From positions 1 through 24,105 of the forward strand of contig CBFFRQ010000004.1 of the NCBI GenBank assembly GCA_965644315.1: a DNA stretch of 24,105 bases, in the 5' to 3' direction. Positions 22,601 to 24,105 of the stretch are shown one piece after another. Numbering within the stretch: position 1 is the first letter of the stretch; the number at the start of each line of letters is the position of its first letter. This DNA is from Caecitellus pseudoparvulus. Taxonomy: Eukaryota > Protista > Bigyra: Bicosoecida. Under the pieces are notes generated by a model, which made no database searches, was not told where the DNA came from, and was given only the letters and a program-made list of their open reading frames with translations. A program made the translations under genes and the position numbers.

Positions 22601-24105
22601 GCCCAGCGCCGATTCAGCCAGATCTGCCGAGCCTTGCAGCTCCAGCAGCTTCTTGTTGCCACCATCTGCAAGCTTCTTCAGATCCTTCACGTGGGTCTTC
22701 TTGCGGTCTTGCTTGTTCAGGAGCCCCAAGTTGTACTTGACCTGCGGTCCCAGACGCTCCATAAGGGGCACCGTCAAGTTGCGAGCTTGCTGGACGAGGG
22801 CAGTCAGCGACAGCATGGCGGCGTCCAGACTTGGCGAGAACGTTGCCAACTCCGATCGCAGAGCCAGAGCGCTCGCCTTGAAGTCAGACTCTGCTGCAGA
22901 AAGAGTGACCCGCACCGGTGCGACTGGCACCGCCCATGCAGCGGCGGCAGCCAAAGCCGGGGCATTCTCCGGCGCGAACTGCTGCAAGACCTGATCTTTC
23001 GTGCCTTCCAGCGTGTCTTGCGTTACTTGCAAATCCGCCAGTGCTTGGACCGCAGCGCGTGCAGCTTGACTGGCAGCCGACGCAGTCGCCCCGTGCAGCG
23101 CAAGCGACGAGCCAGCAGCACCAGCTGCCTGAACTGCCGCGTCCAGAACGTCGCTGGCTGCCCGCAACAGGGCAGGCTGCAGATTCCTCCACTGCTGCAC
23201 CAGCGTGCTGTGGGTCCACTCGCGCAAGGCGCCCTCCAAGCGTGCCAAAGCTGAGCGAAGGGACGTGGCAGTGTGCAGAATACGTGCAGGCGCGCCGTCC
23301 ACAGCAACAGGGGTGGAGAGGACACTGGCCCCAGACATGGCTTCCTCTGCTGCAGACAGCAAGGCCGCCGCTTGGCGGGCGACACTGCGCAAGTTGAGAG
23401 AAGGCAGCGTGGCCAGCACAGAGCGCACGAGCGCCAGGGCATCCTCGGCGAATGCAGCGGCGGTTACGCGAAGCCCGTCAATGGCCACAAAGAGGGTATT
23501 GTCCAGGGCGCCACTTGCGAATGCCTCAGCTTGGACGGCAGCGGCCCAGTCTTCTGCAGCTGCCAGCGCAGATTCTGTGGAAGACGCCAGGGACGCTTGC
23601 GCTGTGCCCAGTTGGTCGACGTAGCGCGGCCTGAACTCGGCGATGAGGGAGCCGACCAGAGCCCCGAACGGATCTGCCGCCATCTCTTCTGCTGTGCCCA
23701 CTTCCAGAGTTGTCGCGTGGGTCTTGAACTCCACCATGGTGTCAGCTAGGAAGCCGTCCAGCGCTGCGAACTGGTCATTGTACGCGTCCAGCTCGTTGCC
23801 GCTGGCGCCGTTCATCACTTCCAGAGCACCAGTGACATCATCACCGATGACAGCGGCGAGGGTGCCAGCAATGTCGTCCAGCAGGGAACCCGATCCACTG
23901 AGCACCTTGTGCACAATCTGGATACCATTGCGAACCAGGGTTGCGTTGGACACCAGTCCGTCAGTGAACTCTCTCCCTCGCAAGATGACCTTGTCCACGA
24001 CATCCAGCACCGACAGCACCCGATCCCCGTATGACGTGATATTTGAGTACCACTCATTCAAATCGTCCAGGTGGCCCTGGATCATCTCGATCACGGGGGG
24101 TCTGC
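1..24105 (-). CDS. Giant (~8,030 aa or more, partial at both ends) putative extracellular/cell-surface protein: helical stalk + beta-propeller + beta-sheet domain + tandem FN3-like DxTPP repeats; one apparent frameshift at ~19679
   Basis: Two long overlapping minus-strand frames (24103->19607 and 19703->left edge) cover the whole window. The protein reads naturally across the junction (...AEVVAGLVFG|GQVGALAMQPMHVALHNHLVAAGLKAAAE...) with the same Ala-rich composition on both sides. The frame is open at both window edges. Confidence 0.85.
6849..7400 (-). other. Hydrophobic long-stranded beta-sheet domain with Cys-rich C-terminal hairpin
   Basis: FLFFHLKHPIPVPIVPLFLIVDAGVEVKVDLVISL...IQIDVGLGYAGVRAVVRLF...RLCLSMDL...ITIEAYFAFRLCIKCTCCPIRIKIGFATIKLPKCSLVMC...FKICNLPPDTTPP: alternating hydrophobic pattern, 8 Cys. 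Confidence 0.6.
7935..9430 (-). other. Beta-propeller-like domain with two low-complexity insertions
   Basis: Ordered motifs YTVPGLFEDWMPQGV, FIMSYY, SILVVMN, YTGSVADIAID..ILW, ANSLFYD..LWVGEYY, GWVVGY, ARIKGL, GPAGMESI..LLVLTSSGS..DDSVYKL: short strands with WD/YWTD-like blade character. Fold assigned by pattern recognition, not by search. Confidence 0.6.
9645..11850 (-). other. ~730-aa amphipathic alpha-helical (apolipoprotein/helical-bundle-like) region
   Basis: Continuous i/i+3/i+4 hydrophobic periodicity, rich in V/L/I/D/K with few Pro, e.g. LRTVLVSLANRIADEVQGVVDLGIEKLSNFTGVILDKVESF and VVDMIRGLVQGLIDRLEGLISSWVEVL. Confidence 0.65.
15660..15900 (-). repeat. Thr/Ser/Gly/Pro/Glu-rich mucin-like low-complexity linker (~80 aa)
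   Basis: GNPITSTTPSSTGTETGATATEGTSPTSPTGTGGDEEETTGGTEAESPEPTATTTTTTTATTPGSGTSGSSTPSSS. Confidence 0.85.
19674..19684 (-). other. Apparent 1-nt frameshift in a G5 homopolymer (coding strand TTC GGG GG CAA GTG)
   Basis: The upstream frame stops at TGA 19609-19607, and the downstream frame opens after TGA 19706-19704. Adding one G at 19677-19681 gives F-G-G-Q-V-G-A-L and fuses the two frames. Confidence 0.75.
19679..24105 (-). CDS. Upstream segment of the giant gene (listed 1495-aa ORF; frame open to the right edge; last ~23 aa KWAPSPCSPC... probably off-frame)
   Basis: ORF 19607..24094 is Ala/Leu-rich and helical with many N-x-S/T sequons (NIT, NAT, NLT, NSS, NAS, NVT, NFT). The GTG 'start' at 24094 is preceded by in-frame AGA CCC CCC, so it is not a demonstrated start. 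Confidence 0.9.

Larger units (their letters stand above)
11850..23600 (-). other. ~3,900-aa Ala-rich, acidic, Lys-poor predicted helical stalk
   Basis: Translation dominated by A/L/S/T/V/D/E, e.g. AAELAELLSAAQAALRAV and LADVAAVEDAASASEFAEDLAGALASAAA, punctuated by Pro/Gly turns and Cys pairs. Confidence 0.65.

Noticed and set aside
66-23749. Many plus-strand ORFs up to 474 aa (e.g. 2461..3885, 12034..13437, 15970..17049, 6171..7127)
   Set aside because: They are antisense shadows of a GC-rich coding frame. The products are S/A/T/R- or H/Q/G-rich with no motifs and lie fully within the giant minus-strand CDS.
761-24057. Short minus-strand ORFs in alternative frames (e.g. 17435..18466, 19093..19860, 1940..2494)
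   Set aside because: Off-frame translations rich in W/C/R/P, nested in the real frame.
24092-24105. GTG at 24094 as gene start, or GCAG at the window edge as a splice acceptor
   Set aside because: The frame is open to the edge and no signal peptide follows. There is too little upstream sequence to judge either possibility.
1-24105. CRISPR arrays, tRNA/rRNA genes, transposon ends, PKS/NRPS modules
   Set aside because: No DNA-level repeats or non-coding gaps were seen, and no ketosynthase, adenylation, carrier-protein or transposase motifs were recognised in the translation.

Overview
The whole 24.1 kb window is the interior of one giant minus-strand gene; neither its start nor its stop is in the window. 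The ORF track misses most of it. One minus-strand frame (codons at 19676, 19673 ... 5) has no stop from 19703 to the left edge (6,558 codons from 19676) and is unlisted because it runs off the window. It continues the listed 1495-aa ORF (19607..24094) across one apparent 1-nt frameshift in a G5 run (19677-19681). Together they give about 8,030 aa or more, with no obvious intron. Hand-translated layout, N to C: amphipathic helical segment; ~4,000-aa Ala-rich acidic helical stalk with short C-x3-5-C loops, a small beta-rich insert and a Thr/Ser/Gly linker; ~730-aa apolipoprotein-like amphipathic helical region; beta-propeller-like domain; hydrophobic long-stranded beta-sheet domain with a Cys-rich tip; and at least 18 tandem FN3/Ig-like 'DxTPP' repeats. 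RxL motifs cluster at domain borders and N-glycosylation sequons are common. This suggests a secreted or cell-surface mega-protein from a GC-rich, intron-poor microbial eukaryote (inference). The other listed ORFs look like shadow or off-frame artefacts. No RNA genes, mobile elements or CRISPR arrays were seen.
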